Source of the DNA: Alphaproteobacteria bacterium
GTDB lineage: Bacteria; Pseudomonadota; Alphaproteobacteria; UBA828
NCBI GenBank assembly: GCA_963422645.2
Contig: CAXXVO010000007.1
Span: 128,001 to 192,000 of the forward strand
Reading direction: 5' to 3'
Length of the DNA: 64,000 nucleotides
The translations under genes were made by a program, and so were the position numbers. A model generated the notes under the pieces. It saw only the letters and a program-made list of their open reading frames with translations, was not told where the DNA came from and searched no databases. Position 1 is the first letter of the stretch; the number at the start of each line of letters is the position of its first letter. Positions 51,664 through 61,924 of the stretch are shown one piece after another.

Positions 51664-54045
51664 ATGACAGAGATGCTGCCGATCTCGTCCCGAATCTGGG
51701 ACATGAAGTACCGCTTGAAGGAGGCGGACGGCACGCCCATCGACGGCGCCATCGAGGATAGCTGGCGGCGGGTGGCCCGCGCCTTGGCCTCGGCCGAGGC
51801 GGAACCCGAGCGCTGGGAGCCTGAATTCTATCGCGCGCTGGAGGGGTTCAAGTTCCTGCCCGCCGGCCGCATCCTCGCCGGCGCCGGGGCCGAGCGGCAG
51901 GTCACGCTCTTCAACTGCTTCGTGATGGGGCGGATCGCGGACGACATGACCGCGATTTTCGAGCACCTGAAGGAAGCGGCGCTCACCATGCAGCAGGGCG
52001 GTGGCATCGGCTTCGACTTCTCGACGCTTCGGCCCAAGGGGGCGCCGGTCAAGGGCGTCGGCGCCGATGCCTCGGGGCCGCTGCCCTTCATGGACTGCTG
52101 GGATGCGATGTGCCGCACCATCATGAGCGCGGGCTTTCGCCGCGGCGCCATGATGGGCTGCCTGCGCTGCGACCATCCCGACGTCGAGGCCTTCATCGAG
52201 GCGAAGCGCGACCCCGGCCGGTTGCGCATGTTCAACCTCTCGGTGCTGGTGAGCGATGCGTTCATGCAGGCGGTCAAGGACAACGCTCCGTGGGAGCTGC
52301 GCTTCGAGGGCGTCGTCTACAAGACCGTCTCGGCGCGCGCGCTCTGGGAGCGGATTATCCGCTCGACCTACGCCTACGCCGAGCCCGGCGTGATCTTCAT
52401 CGACCGCATCAACCGGGCCAACAACCTCGCCTATTGCGAGGAGATTTTCGCCACCAATCCCTGCGGCGAGCAGCCCCTGCCACCCTATGGCGCCTGCCTC
52501 CTGGGCTCGATCAACCTGGCGAGCCTGGTGCAGGATCCCTTCGAGCCGGGCGCAGCACTCGACATGGCGGCGCTCGAGGCGCTCACCGCCACCGCCGTCA
52601 GGATGCTCGACAACGCGATCGACTGCTCGCGCTTCCCCATCGCGGCACAGCAGGAGGAAGCGCAGGCGAAGCGGCGCATCGGGCTCGGCGTCACCGGGCT
52701 CGCCGACGCGCTCATCATGTGCCGGGCGCGCTACGGCAGCGACGCGGCGAACGCCCTGATCGAGCAGTGGATGAGCGGCCTGCAGCGGGCGGCATATCTG
52801 GCGTCCGCGCGGCTGGCGGAGGAGAAGGGTGCCTTCCCGCTCTACGTTTCCGCGCGCTATGCCGACAGCCCGACGATCCAGCGCCTCGACGACGACGTGC
52901 AGGCGGCAATCGCCGCCTCGGGGGTTCGCAATGCGCTGCTCACCTCGGTGGCACCGACGGGAACGATTTCGCTGCTGGCGGGGAATGTCTCCTCCGGCAT
53001 CGAGCCCGTGTTCAGCTATTCCTACACGCGCAACGTGCTGATGCCGGATGGCACGCGCCGGGCGGAGTCGGTGGACGACCACGCCTATCTGCTGTTTCGG
53101 CGCCTCAAAGGCGACGCCGCGCAACTGCCGGACTATTTCGTCGACGCCCAGTCGCTCTACCCGGCGGATCACCTCGCCGTCCAGGCGCGGGTCCAGACCT
53201 TCGTCGACAGCTCCATCTCCAAGACCATCAACTGCCCGGAGGAGATGAAATTCGACGACTTCAAGGATGTTTACATGCGGGCCTACGACCTCGGCTGCAA
53301 GGGCTGCACCACCTATCGACCCAACCCGGTGACCGGCGCGGTGCTGGAGAGCGCATCTGGAGCGGAGGAGGGAAGCGACGGCGCACCCTCGGCCGGCGTC
53401 GAGAGTGCCGCTTCGCCGGTCGCGCTGGTCCCCGCGCACCTGCCGGCCGCGCGGCAGAGCGAACTCCCGCTGGAGCCGCCGCCGGCACGGCCCGAGGATG
53501 CCTTCGAGGCCGGCGCGGTCATCCAGATGACCCGCCCGCTGGAGCGGCCGGAGGCCCTGCACGGCAGCACCTACAAGATCCGCTGGCCGGAGAGCGACCA
53601 CGCCATCTACATCACGATCAACGATATCGTGCGCGACGGGCGGCGGCAGCCCTTCGAGATCTTCATCAACTCCAAGAACACCGAGCACTATGCCTGGACA
53701 GTGGCGCTGACGCGGATGATCAGCGCCGTGTTCCGCCGGGGCGGCGACGTGTCCTTCATCGTGGAGGAGCTCAAGGCGGTCTTCGACCCGAGAGGCGGCC
53801 AATGGATGGGCGGCCACTATGTGCCCTCCATCCTCGCCGCAATCGGCGGCGTGATCGAGCAGCACCTGGTGAGCATCGGCGCGCTCGCGCCACCGGAGGC
53901 CGCGCATCTGGAACCACCCGCGGCGGGGGACAGCGACGCGCCGGCGCGGGCGGTGCGATTCTGCGGGCGCTGCGGGCAGCCGGGGCTCCTGCATCGGGAG
54001 GGGTGCGACCTCTGCCCGGCCTGCGGCTATTCCAAGTGCGCGTGA
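51664..54045 (+). CDS. nrdJ: Adenosylcobalamin-dependent (class II) ribonucleotide reductase
   Basis: FLPAGRI, TLFNCFV, TNPCGEQPL..YGACLLGSINL, APTGTIS, C-terminal TSCPD-like domain and CxxC..CxxCGYSKC. Confidence 0.95.
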   Translation: MTEMLPISSRIWDMKYRLKEADGTPIDGAIEDSWRRVARALASAEAEPERWEPEFYRALEGFKFLPAGRILAGAGAERQVTLFNCFVMGRIADDMTAIFEHLKEAALTMQQGGGIGFDFSTLRPKGAPVKGVGADASGPLPFMDCWDAMCRTIMSAGFRRGAMMGCLRCDHPDVEAFIEAKRDPGRLRMFNLSVLVSDAFMQAVKDNAPWELRFEGVVYKTVSARALWERIIRSTYAYAEPGVIFIDRINRANNLAYCEEIFATNPCGEQPLPPYGACLLGSINLASLVQDPFEPGAALDMAALEALTATAVRMLDNAIDCSRFPIAAQQEEAQAKRRIGLGVTGLADALIMCRARYGSDAANALIEQWMSGLQRAAYLASARLAEEKGAFPLYVSARYADSPTIQRLDDDVQAAIAASGVRNALLTSVAPTGTISLLAGNVSSGIEPVFSYSYTRNVLMPDGTRRAESVDDHAYLLFRRLKGDAAQLPDYFVDAQSLYPADHLAVQARVQTFVDSSISKTINCPEEMKFDDFKDVYMRAYDLGCKGCTTYRPNPVTGAVLESASGAEEGSDGAPSAGVESAASPVALVPAHLPAARQSELPLEPPPARPEDAFEAGAVIQMTRPLERPEALHGSTYKIRWPESDHAIYITINDIVRDGRRQPFEIFINSKNTEHYAWTVALTRMISAVFRRGGDVSFIVEELKAVFDPRGGQWMGGHYVPSILAAIGGVIEQHLVSIGALAPPEAAHLEPPAAGDSDAPARAVRFCGRCGQPGLLHREGCDLCPACGYSKCA

Positions 54046-54123
54046 GAATTCAGGGCTAACGCTTGAACCCGTAGGGCGCTCTGATTACCGTGCCTCGGAC
54101 CGAGTCCGTCCATGGGAAGTTGA

Positions 54124-55167
54124 ATGAGGCGCGTCCTCTTGGTGGCGGCCGGCGTCGTCGTCACAATTGCGATCGCGGTAGCCGGGTACACCGGCTACTG
54201 GTTCATCGCTGCGGGCGAAATCGGGGACCGGATCGACGAGTGGACTGAGAAGCAGCGGGGGCAAGGTCTCGAGATCGAGACCGGGGGAACGTACGTATCC
54301 GGCTTTCCCCTCCGCTTCGAGGTCACCCTGCGCGCGCCGCGCATTCACGACACGCGGAACGGATGGCGCTGGGCCACCGATTCGCTGCGCGCCGAGGCCA
54401 GCGCCTGGGACTTCAGCGAGGTCACCGTCTTCCCCGACCGCCGCAATGCGGTTCAGGTTCTTCTCGAGGGTGGCGAATGGCGCGAAATCGATGCGCACAT
54501 CGGCGCGGGTCAGCTCACCGTCAGGCTGGACGACGACAGGCGCTTCAGGGAAGTCGCGCTCGACCTGCAGGGGATTGAGGTCGCGGGCGTGTGGCCTGAG
54601 CGGGTTGCCCGGGTCGGCAGTCTGCTGGCCAACGGGGTTGCCATCGACGACGACGGGAGCGGCGAGCAGGTCCTGAAGACCTCGATTGCCGTGCGCGAGG
54701 TCGTGCTCCCGAGCGACCTCGCCGAGGGACTCGGCGAGTCCCTCGACTTCCTCGACATCGACGCGAGCGTGGTGGGGTCGATCCCGAGCGAGCGCGGGAC
54801 CAACGAGGCGATCACCGCCTGGCGCGACGCGGGCGGCACACTGGAGCTGAACGACTTCAGAGTCCGCTGGGGGCCGCTCGGGATCGAATCGGCGGGCACC
54901 ATCGCGCTCGACGGCGCGATGCGCCCCATCGCCGCGCTGACGGCCGATATCATAGGCTACGGCGATGTCATCGACGCGCTGATCATGAGCAACATGATCC
55001 CGCTCGGCGATGCCTTCATCGCCAAGGTCGCCTTCAACATGCTGGCCGAGAAGCCCGAAGACGGCGGCCCCCCGGTGCTGCGTGGGGTGCCGGTGACGGC
55101 GCAGGACGGCACATTGACCGTCGCGACGATCAAGGTTGCCGAGCTGCCGCCGCTGCCTCTGGAGTAG
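54124..55167 (+). CDS. DUF2125-like exported/membrane-anchored protein
   Basis: N-terminal TM with YTGYWF, VSGFPLRF, AWRDAGGTLEL..RWGPL..GTIALD. Confidence 0.7.
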   Translation: MRRVLLVAAGVVVTIAIAVAGYTGYWFIAAGEIGDRIDEWTEKQRGQGLEIETGGTYVSGFPLRFEVTLRAPRIHDTRNGWRWATDSLRAEASAWDFSEVTVFPDRRNAVQVLLEGGEWREIDAHIGAGQLTVRLDDDRRFREVALDLQGIEVAGVWPERVARVGSLLANGVAIDDDGSGEQVLKTSIAVREVVLPSDLAEGLGESLDFLDIDASVVGSIPSERGTNEAITAWRDAGGTLELNDFRVRWGPLGIESAGTIALDGAMRPIAALTADIIGYGDVIDALIMSNMIPLGDAFIAKVAFNMLAEKPEDGGPPVLRGVPVTAQDGTLTVATIKVAELPPLPLE

Positions 55168-55202
55168 GGGGGTGCTGGGGGCCCGGCGCGAGTCCCGTGG
55201 CT

Positions 55203-55958
55203 CTACGGCTTGGCCAGAACCCCGCCATCGACGATCAGCTCGGTCCCAGTGATGAACGATGCCGCGTCCGACAAGAGGAACAGCGTGGCATTCGCCATGT
55301 CTTGCGTCGTGCCGACTCGACCGAGCGGCACCGCCGCCTCTGTCGCATCCTTGAGCTCGGGCCTCTCGACCCAACGCTGCTGCATCGGCGTCATCGTGGG
55401 GCCCGGCAATATCGTGTTGGAGCGGATGCCGTCGCCCGCGAACTGAATCGCGATGGATTTCGACATCGCGATGAGCCCCGCCTTGGAGGCCTGGTAGGCG
55501 TCCTGGGGCGCATCGTCGCCGCGCACGCACTGGATGGTCGAGACGTGCACCATCGCGCCGCCGCCGGTCCGCTTCATCAGCGGTATCGCGTGGCGGGCGG
55601 TGAGCGCCGCGCCCTTGAGGTTGATCGCGAGCACGTCGTCCCACACGTCGAGGTCGATATCCACCAGCGAGCGATCGCGGCCGAGCAGCAGGACGCCGGC
55701 GGCATTCACCAGGTAGTCGAGTCGGCCGGCCGCCTCGCAGCAGTCGGCCATGGCTTGGGCCACGTCGGTTGCAGAGCGCAGGTCGGCCTGCACGTAGCGG
55801 GCGCCGGTTGGCAGGTCATCGGGTGCGGGCTTCACGTCGAAGAGCGTCGCCTGCGCGCCGGCGCCGATCAGATTGCGCGCGATCTGCAGCCCCATGCCGC
55901 CGCCGGCGCCGGTCACGAAGGCATTGCGGTCGCTGAAGTCGGCCTGCATCTGGGTCAT
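55203..55958 (-). CDS. SDR-family oxidoreductase
   Basis: TGAGGGMG, VNAAG, YQASK, FITGTELIVDGG. Confidence 0.92.
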   Translation of the reverse strand: MTQMQADFSDRNAFVTGAGGGMGLQIARNLIGAGAQATLFDVKPAPDDLPTGARYVQADLRSATDVAQAMADCCEAAGRLDYLVNAAGVLLLGRDRSLVDIDLDVWDDVLAINLKGAALTARHAIPLMKRTGGGAMVHVSTIQCVRGDDAPQDAYQASKAGLIAMSKSIAIQFAGDGIRSNTILPGPTMTPMQQRWVERPELKDATEAAVPLGRVGTTQDMANATLFLLSDAASFITGTELIVDGGVLAKP

Positions 55959-56070
55959 CGGTCCCTCCCTGAGTCAGGTGACGCTTTAGCCGTAGTTTCG
56001 GCCGGCCCGCAAGCTGTCACGCGCTTTGGCTCTGTGGCACGTATAGTGGAACAAGATCCGGCACCCGGCG

Positions 56071-57171
56071 ATGGCGGGGCATGAAGGGAGCAGCGGCGAA
56101 CACGTGGGCAGGCTCGACCGCAGGCTGAGCGTCGCGCCGATGATGGCGCGCACCGATCGCCACTGCCGCTATCTGCTGCGGCTTATCAGCGCGCGCACGC
56201 TCCTCTACAGCGAGATGATCCATGCCAACGCGGTGCTGCGCGGCGATGCCACCCGGCTGCTCGCCTTCGACGACGCGGAGCACCCCGTGGGGCTCCAACT
56301 TGGCGGCGCAGAGCCGGACGCGCTCGCCCGCGCGGCGGAAATCGGCCAGGCCTTCGGCTACGACGAGATCAACCTCAATATCGGCTGCCCGAGCCCCCGC
56401 GTCCGCAAGGGCCGCTTCGGCGCCGCTCTGATGGAGACGCCCGATCTGGTGGCCGACTGCGCGCGCGCCATGATCCGTGCGGTCGATGTTCCGGTCACGG
56501 TGAAGTGCCGCATCGGGGTCGCGCGGGACGCGCGCGGAGCGCACGACGGGCGAGGCAGCTATCAGGACCTCAAGGTCTTCGTCGAGACCGTCGCCGCCGC
56601 CGGCGTGACGAGCTTCGCCGTGCACGCGCGGATTGCCGTGCTCGACGGCCTGAGTCCGGCCGAGAACCGCGAGATCCCGCCGCTCCGTTACGACGCGGTC
56701 TACCGCCTCAAGCAGGACCTGCCGGCGCTGGAGGTGGTCATCAACGGCGGTGTCGCCAGCCTCGACGAGGCGGACGCGCACCTCGAACTGGTCGACGGCG
56801 CCATGATCGGGCGCGCGGCCTACGCCGACCCCTTCATGCTTCGCGCCGCTGACCAGCCCATCTTCGGCGCACCGGTGCGTACCCTGCCGAGCCGGCACGA
56901 CATCGCCCGCGCCATGCTGCCTTATGTGCGCCGGATGCGCGCCGACCGCGTGTCGCTCCACCACATCACTAGGCACATGCTGGGACTCTTCGCAGGTCAG
57001 CCCGGCGGGCGCGCCTGGCGCCGCGCGCTCGGCGGGGGCAGCCAGCGCCCCGGTGCCGGCGCTGAGGTCATCGAAGAGGCGCTGACGCTGGTGCCGGAGC
57101 TTGCCGCGCCAAAGGATGCCAAGCGTCCCGGTGCCGTCCAGACCATGACCCTGGCGAGAGTTCCGGGTTAG
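56071..57171 (+). CDS. dusA: tRNA dihydrouridine(20/20a) synthase
   Basis: SVAPMM..TDRHCRY, LQLGG, EINLNIGCPS.RV, VHAR, LSPAENREIPPL.Y. Confidence 0.92.
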   Translation: MAGHEGSSGEHVGRLDRRLSVAPMMARTDRHCRYLLRLISARTLLYSEMIHANAVLRGDATRLLAFDDAEHPVGLQLGGAEPDALARAAEIGQAFGYDEINLNIGCPSPRVRKGRFGAALMETPDLVADCARAMIRAVDVPVTVKCRIGVARDARGAHDGRGSYQDLKVFVETVAAAGVTSFAVHARIAVLDGLSPAENREIPPLRYDAVYRLKQDLPALEVVINGGVASLDEADAHLELVDGAMIGRAAYADPFMLRAADQPIFGAPVRTLPSRHDIARAMLPYVRRMRADRVSLHHITRHMLGLFAGQPGGRAWRRALGGGSQRPGAGAEVIEEALTLVPELAAPKDAKRPGAVQTMTLARVPG

Positions 57172-57228
57172 GATGCCGCGCCTGCGACCGTCACGGTCGC
57201 GGATCGCAAGTTTTTGGGACAGGGGGCG

Positions 57229-59328
57229 ATGGCAAGAATTGGCGTCGATGTCGGGGGGACGTTCACCGATCTCATCCTGGAGTCGGAGGGTGGCGCGAGC
57301 GAGGGCGGCCGGGTCTTCGTACACAAGGTGCCGAGCACGCCGGAGGACCAGTCGCGCGGAGTCATCCAGGGCGTCCTCGAGATTTGCGCCGAGGCGGGCG
57401 TCCAACCGGGCGATATCGAGCAGATCGTCCACGGCACGACGATCGCGACGAATACGGTGATCGAGTATTCCGGCGCCGAGGTCGGAATGCTCACCACGCG
57501 GGGCTTCCGCGACATCCTGCACATGGCGCGGCACAAGCGGCCCCACAACTTCTCGATGCAGTTCGATGTGCCCTGGCAGTCGCGCCCGCTGGTCAAGCGG
57601 CGCAACCGTATCCCCATTACCGAGCGCATCCTGCCGCCGGACGGCCGCAGCGAAGTCGCGCTCGATGAAGACGAGGTGCGCGCCGCCGCCGAGCTTTTGA
57701 AATCGCGCGAGGTGAGCTCGGTCATCGTCTGTTTCCTGTTCGCCTTCCTTAACGACGAGCATGAGCTGCGCGCCAAGGAGATCGTGAAGGAGGTGATGCC
57801 GGACGCCTACGTCGGCTGCTCGTCCGAGGTGGTCGATGTGATCCGGGAATACGAGCGCTTCTCGACGGCGGCGATGAACGCCTTTATCGGCCCGCGCACG
57901 TCCTACTACCTGAACAATCTCGCGAGGGCGCTGCAGGAGAACGGCGTCGATGCCCAGATTCGCGTGATGCAGTCCAACGGCGGCGTGACCACGCTTGCCG
58001 GCGCCGCCGAGCGCCCGGTGACGATTCTCATGTCGGGGCCCGCTGGCGGCGTCATCGGCGGCCAGTGGGCGGGCGACATGTCGGGCGTGCGCAACCTGAT
58101 CACCGTCGATATCGGCGGGACCTCCGCCGACATCAGCGTGGTGCCAGACGGCGAGGTCCGCATCATGAACCCGCGGGACACGCAGGTCGGCGGCTACCCG
58201 ATCCTGGCCCCGATGATCGATCTCGCGACCATCGGTGCCGGCGGCGGCTCGATCGCCTACGTCGACGATGGCGGGGCCTTCCGCGTAGGCCCCCGCTCCG
58301 CCGGGGCGGAACCGGGACCCGCCTGCTATGGCCGTGGCGGCACCGAGGCCACCGTGACCGACGCACAGGTGGTGCTCGGCCGGCTGGACCCCGAGCAGTT
58401 CCTGGGCGGCGGGCTGGAGATCGACCCGGCGCGCTCGCGCAAGGCGCTGGAGGACAACCTCTGCGGCCGGCTCGACATGACGCTCGAAGAGGCGGCGCTC
58501 GGCGTGATCCGAGTCATCAACTCCAACATGTCGCTCGCGATCCGCGCGAATTCCGTCGCTAAGGGCGTCGATCCGCGTGACTTCGCGCTCGTTGCCTTCG
58601 GCGGTGCCGGACCCTTGCACGGCGTGGCGCTCGCCCGCTCGGTCTTTGCGCGCGAAGTGATCGTGCCGCCGGCGCCGGGGATCAATGCCGCGACCGGGCT
58701 GCTCGCCACCGACATGCGCTACGAGTTCACCCGCTCAGTGCTCTGCGTGCTCACCAAGGCGAGCCAGGACGAGATCGACACCCTCAACGAGCAGACCGAC
58801 GCCCTGATGCGGCGCGCGCAAGAGGCGCTGGCGGCGGACGGCGTCGCGCCTGAGCACCAGCGGGTCGTCAAGATCGCGGAGTGCCGCTACCAGGGGCAGG
58901 GCTTCGAGCTTCGCGGCACCATGCCGGACGGCCCTCTCACCCTCGACAACCGGACGGAGCTGCTGGCGAGCTTCCACGAGCGCCACCGACAGGACTACGG
59001 CCATGCTTTCGAGGACCAGGATGTCGAGGTCATTACGCTCCGGGTCGTTGCCTCCGCCGGCATCGGCGCATTGAGCTGGCCCGAAACGCCCCAAGGCGGC
59101 GGCCGCAATCCCGAGGACGCGTTGCTCTACCGCCGCGCCACCACCTTCGACGACGGCCGCACTTGCGAGACTCCGCGCTTCGACCGGGGCAAGCTCAAGG
59201 CCGGCCAGCATATCGACGGGCCGTCCATCGTCATCCAGACCGATTCGACCACGCTGGTGTCGCCCGGCTACGAGGCGCTGGTCGCGCCTTCGGGCAATCT
59301 TCACGTCAGGGAGGTCGCCGAGTCATGA
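57229..59328 (+). CDS. Hydantoinase A / oxoprolinase family subunit (N-methylhydantoinase A-like)
   Basis: GVDVGGTFTD, HGTTIATN, REYERFST, MSGPAGG, DIGGTS, GAGGGS, PGPACYGRGG. Confidence 0.92.
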   Translation: MARIGVDVGGTFTDLILESEGGASEGGRVFVHKVPSTPEDQSRGVIQGVLEICAEAGVQPGDIEQIVHGTTIATNTVIEYSGAEVGMLTTRGFRDILHMARHKRPHNFSMQFDVPWQSRPLVKRRNRIPITERILPPDGRSEVALDEDEVRAAAELLKSREVSSVIVCFLFAFLNDEHELRAKEIVKEVMPDAYVGCSSEVVDVIREYERFSTAAMNAFIGPRTSYYLNNLARALQENGVDAQIRVMQSNGGVTTLAGAAERPVTILMSGPAGGVIGGQWAGDMSGVRNLITVDIGGTSADISVVPDGEVRIMNPRDTQVGGYPILAPMIDLATIGAGGGSIAYVDDGGAFRVGPRSAGAEPGPACYGRGGTEATVTDAQVVLGRLDPEQFLGGGLEIDPARSRKALEDNLCGRLDMTLEEAALGVIRVINSNMSLAIRANSVAKGVDPRDFALVAFGGAGPLHGVALARSVFAREVIVPPAPGINAATGLLATDMRYEFTRSVLCVLTKASQDEIDTLNEQTDALMRRAQEALAADGVAPEHQRVVKIAECRYQGQGFELRGTMPDGPLTLDNRTELLASFHERHRQDYGHAFEDQDVEVITLRVVASAGIGALSWPETPQGGGRNPEDALLYRRATTFDDGRTCETPRFDRGKLKAGQHIDGPSIVIQTDSTTLVSPGYEALVAPSGNLHVREVAES

Positions 59329-61097
59329 CCGCCAACAAGACCGAGATCGACCCGATCACCCTCCAGGTGATCGGCGGTGCGCTGCACACGATCGCCAAGG
59401 AGATGGGGCACGTGCTCTACCGCATGTCCTACTCGTCGATCATCCGGGAATCGGAGGACTTGGGCGCCGGACTCTTCGATCGAAACTTCAACACGCTCTG
59501 CGAATCGGATTCGACGCCGATGCACATCGGATCGATCCCGGCTTACCTGAGGGGGATCGACGAAACTCTGCATGACCCCTGGCAGCCCGGCGACATCGTG
59601 ATCCACAACCACCCCTATTACGGCGCGAGCCACTCGCCGGACATCGCCGCAGTCGCGCCGGTCTTCTACCAGGGCGAGCTGGTCGGCTTCTCCGCCAACA
59701 CGGCGCACCACGTGGATATCGGCGCGGCGACGCCCGGCCTCATCATCGACGTGCCGGACGTCTTCGCCGAGGGCATGCTGTTCAAAGGCGTGAAGCTCTA
59801 CGAGGGGGGCAAGCTAAACCGAGCGTTCTGGCAGTTCATCGAGACCAACACGCGGGTGCCAAGCCAGGTGATGGGCGATATCGAGGCCCAGGTCGCCTCC
59901 GCAGAGCTCGGCGTGAAGCGATTCATCGAATTGCTCGATCAGTACGGCAAGGACGTGGTGTTCGCCGCGACCGAGCAGCTCATGGACTATTCCGAGCACA
60001 TGCTACGCCGCCAGATCGCGGCGATCCCCGACGGAGAGTACAGGGCCGAGGGCTTCCTGGACGACGACGGGCGCAACCGGAAGCAGCCGCTCCCGGTCAA
60101 GGTCGCGGTGCGTATCGAGGGAGATTCCGTCGAGGTCGACCTCACCGGTTCGTCGCCGCAGGTGCCGACTGCGTTCAACGTGCCCTTCGAGGGCTCGACC
60201 AAGGTCGCCTGCTACTTCGCCTTCCGCGCGCTGCTTCTGGATAGCGCGACGATCAGCGAGCACGTGCCGCAGAATGAAGGCTCGTTCCGGCCCATCAAGG
60301 TCACCGCGCCCAAGGGCACGATCTTCAATCCCGAGTACCCGGCTGCGGCGGAGGCGCGCTTCAACCAGATCCAGCGCGTGGTCGACTGCATCGCCAAGGC
60401 GCTCTCGCCGGTGATACCCGACAAGGTGACTGCGGGCTCCTCGGCCGACGTCTCGGCCATCGCCTATTCAGGGGTCAAGCCCGACGGCCAATACTGGGTT
60501 TTCATCGAGGTCAACGAGGGCGCCTGCGGCGGCAGGCCTCTTTCCGACGGGCCCGACACGATCGAGGAGCTGATGCGCAACACGCGCAACAATCCGATCG
60601 AGGACCTCGGCATGCACCTGCCGCTGCTCTGCGATCGCTACGAGTTGCGTGACGACGTGATGCCGGGCGCTGGCCGCCATCGCGGCGGCATCGGCGTGAT
60701 CAAGGTGCAGCGCTATCTCACGCCGGGCTTCCTCACCCACGAGGCGGACCGGCACGACGACCCGCCCTGGGGCTTCCGCGGGGGCACCGCCGGCAAGGGC
60801 GGGCGCCTCATCAAGTACAACATCGCGGAACCTGACCGGATCGATGACCTGCCGGCAAAGATCCACGGGCTGCGCAACCAGACCGGGGATTGCATCGGCT
60901 TTCTCGGCCCCTGCGGGGGCGGCTACGGGGATCCGCTGGATCGGCCGGCCGAGCAGGTGCGCGAGGACGTACTTGACGATTTCTGCACCCGCGAGCACGC
61001 CTATCAGGCTTACGGTGTCGTGCTCACCGAAGCGCTGGAAGTCGATCCGGCTGCCACCGAGGCGCGACGTGCCGAGATGGCAAAGCAGGTCGCGTAG
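59325..61097 (+). CDS. Hydantoinase B / oxoprolinase family subunit
   Basis: IDPITLQVI, SSIIRESED, HNHPY..SHSPD, AHHVDIG, GAGRHRGG, GGGYGDP; ATGA-coupled to subunit A. Confidence 0.92.
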   Translation: MTANKTEIDPITLQVIGGALHTIAKEMGHVLYRMSYSSIIRESEDLGAGLFDRNFNTLCESDSTPMHIGSIPAYLRGIDETLHDPWQPGDIVIHNHPYYGASHSPDIAAVAPVFYQGELVGFSANTAHHVDIGAATPGLIIDVPDVFAEGMLFKGVKLYEGGKLNRAFWQFIETNTRVPSQVMGDIEAQVASAELGVKRFIELLDQYGKDVVFAATEQLMDYSEHMLRRQIAAIPDGEYRAEGFLDDDGRNRKQPLPVKVAVRIEGDSVEVDLTGSSPQVPTAFNVPFEGSTKVACYFAFRALLLDSATISEHVPQNEGSFRPIKVTAPKGTIFNPEYPAAAEARFNQIQRVVDCIAKALSPVIPDKVTAGSSADVSAIAYSGVKPDGQYWVFIEVNEGACGGRPLSDGPDTIEELMRNTRNNPIEDLGMHLPLLCDRYELRDDVMPGAGRHRGGIGVIKVQRYLTPGFLTHEADRHDDPPWGFRGGTAGKGGRLIKYNIAEPDRIDDLPAKIHGLRNQTGDCIGFLGPCGGGYGDPLDRPAEQVREDVLDDFCTREHAYQAYGVVLTEALEVDPAATEARRAEMAKQVA

Positions 61098-61109
61098 ATA
61101 GGGGGGCTT

Positions 61110-61895
61110 CTAGAGGCGGAAACGGTCGCCGAGGTAGACGCGGCGAACCTCGTCGTGGGAGACGATGTCCGACGGCGCGCCCTCCATCAGCACGGCGCCC
61201 TCGTTGATGATGTAGGCGCGGTCCACGATGTCGAGCGCTTCCCGCACGTTGTGGTCCGTCAGCAGCACGCCGATGCCGCGATCCTTGAGGTGGGCGACGA
61301 GATCGCGGATCTCAGCCACCGCGATCGGGTCGATCCCCGATAGCGGCTCATCGAGCAGAATGAAGCGGGGCTTCGAGGCGAGGGAGCGGGCGATCTCGAC
61401 CCTCCGCCTTTCGCCGCCCGAGAGCGCGAGCGAGGGCGTGCGCCGCAGATGGGTGATCGAGAACTCGGCGAGCAGCTCGTCCAGCACGAGTTCGCGCTCG
61501 TCCCGCGCCGGCACGGAGACTTCCAGCACGGCGCGAATGTTGTTCTCCACCGTGAGCCCGCGAAAGATCGAGGCCTCCTGCGGCAGGTAGCCGAGGCCGA
61601 GGCGGGCGCGGCGGTACATGGGCAGCCCCGTGATGTCGTGGCCATCGAGGAAGACCCGGCCATAGTCCGCCGCCATCAAGCCGGTCATCAGATAGAAGCA
61701 GGTGGTCTTGCCCGCGCCGTTAGGCCCGAGCAGGCCGACCGCCTCGCCCCGCCGGACCGTCAGGTTGAGGCCCCGCAGCACCGGCCGCTTCTTGAAGCTC
61801 TTGCCCAGGTTCTCCGCGCGCAGGCCCGGGTTGCCGGCGAGGACGACGGGAGTCGTGGGGCTTCCCTCGACGCCGGCGCTCACGGGCCGTGTCAT
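61110..61895 (-). CDS. lptB: LPS export ABC transporter ATPase
   Basis: GPNGAGKTT, GYLPQEASIFR, LSGGERRRVEIAR, TDHNVRE, VYLG..F. Confidence 0.95.
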   Translation of the reverse strand: MTRPVSAGVEGSPTTPVVLAGNPGLRAENLGKSFKKRPVLRGLNLTVRRGEAVGLLGPNGAGKTTCFYLMTGLMAADYGRVFLDGHDITGLPMYRRARLGLGYLPQEASIFRGLTVENNIRAVLEVSVPARDERELVLDELLAEFSITHLRRTPSLALSGGERRRVEIARSLASKPRFILLDEPLSGIDPIAVAEIRDLVAHLKDRGIGVLLTDHNVREALDIVDRAYIINEGAVLMEGAPSDIVSHDEVRRVYLGDRFRL

Positions 61896-61924
61896 GCGGC
61901 AATCACCCTGCTGTCCTGCACGCT

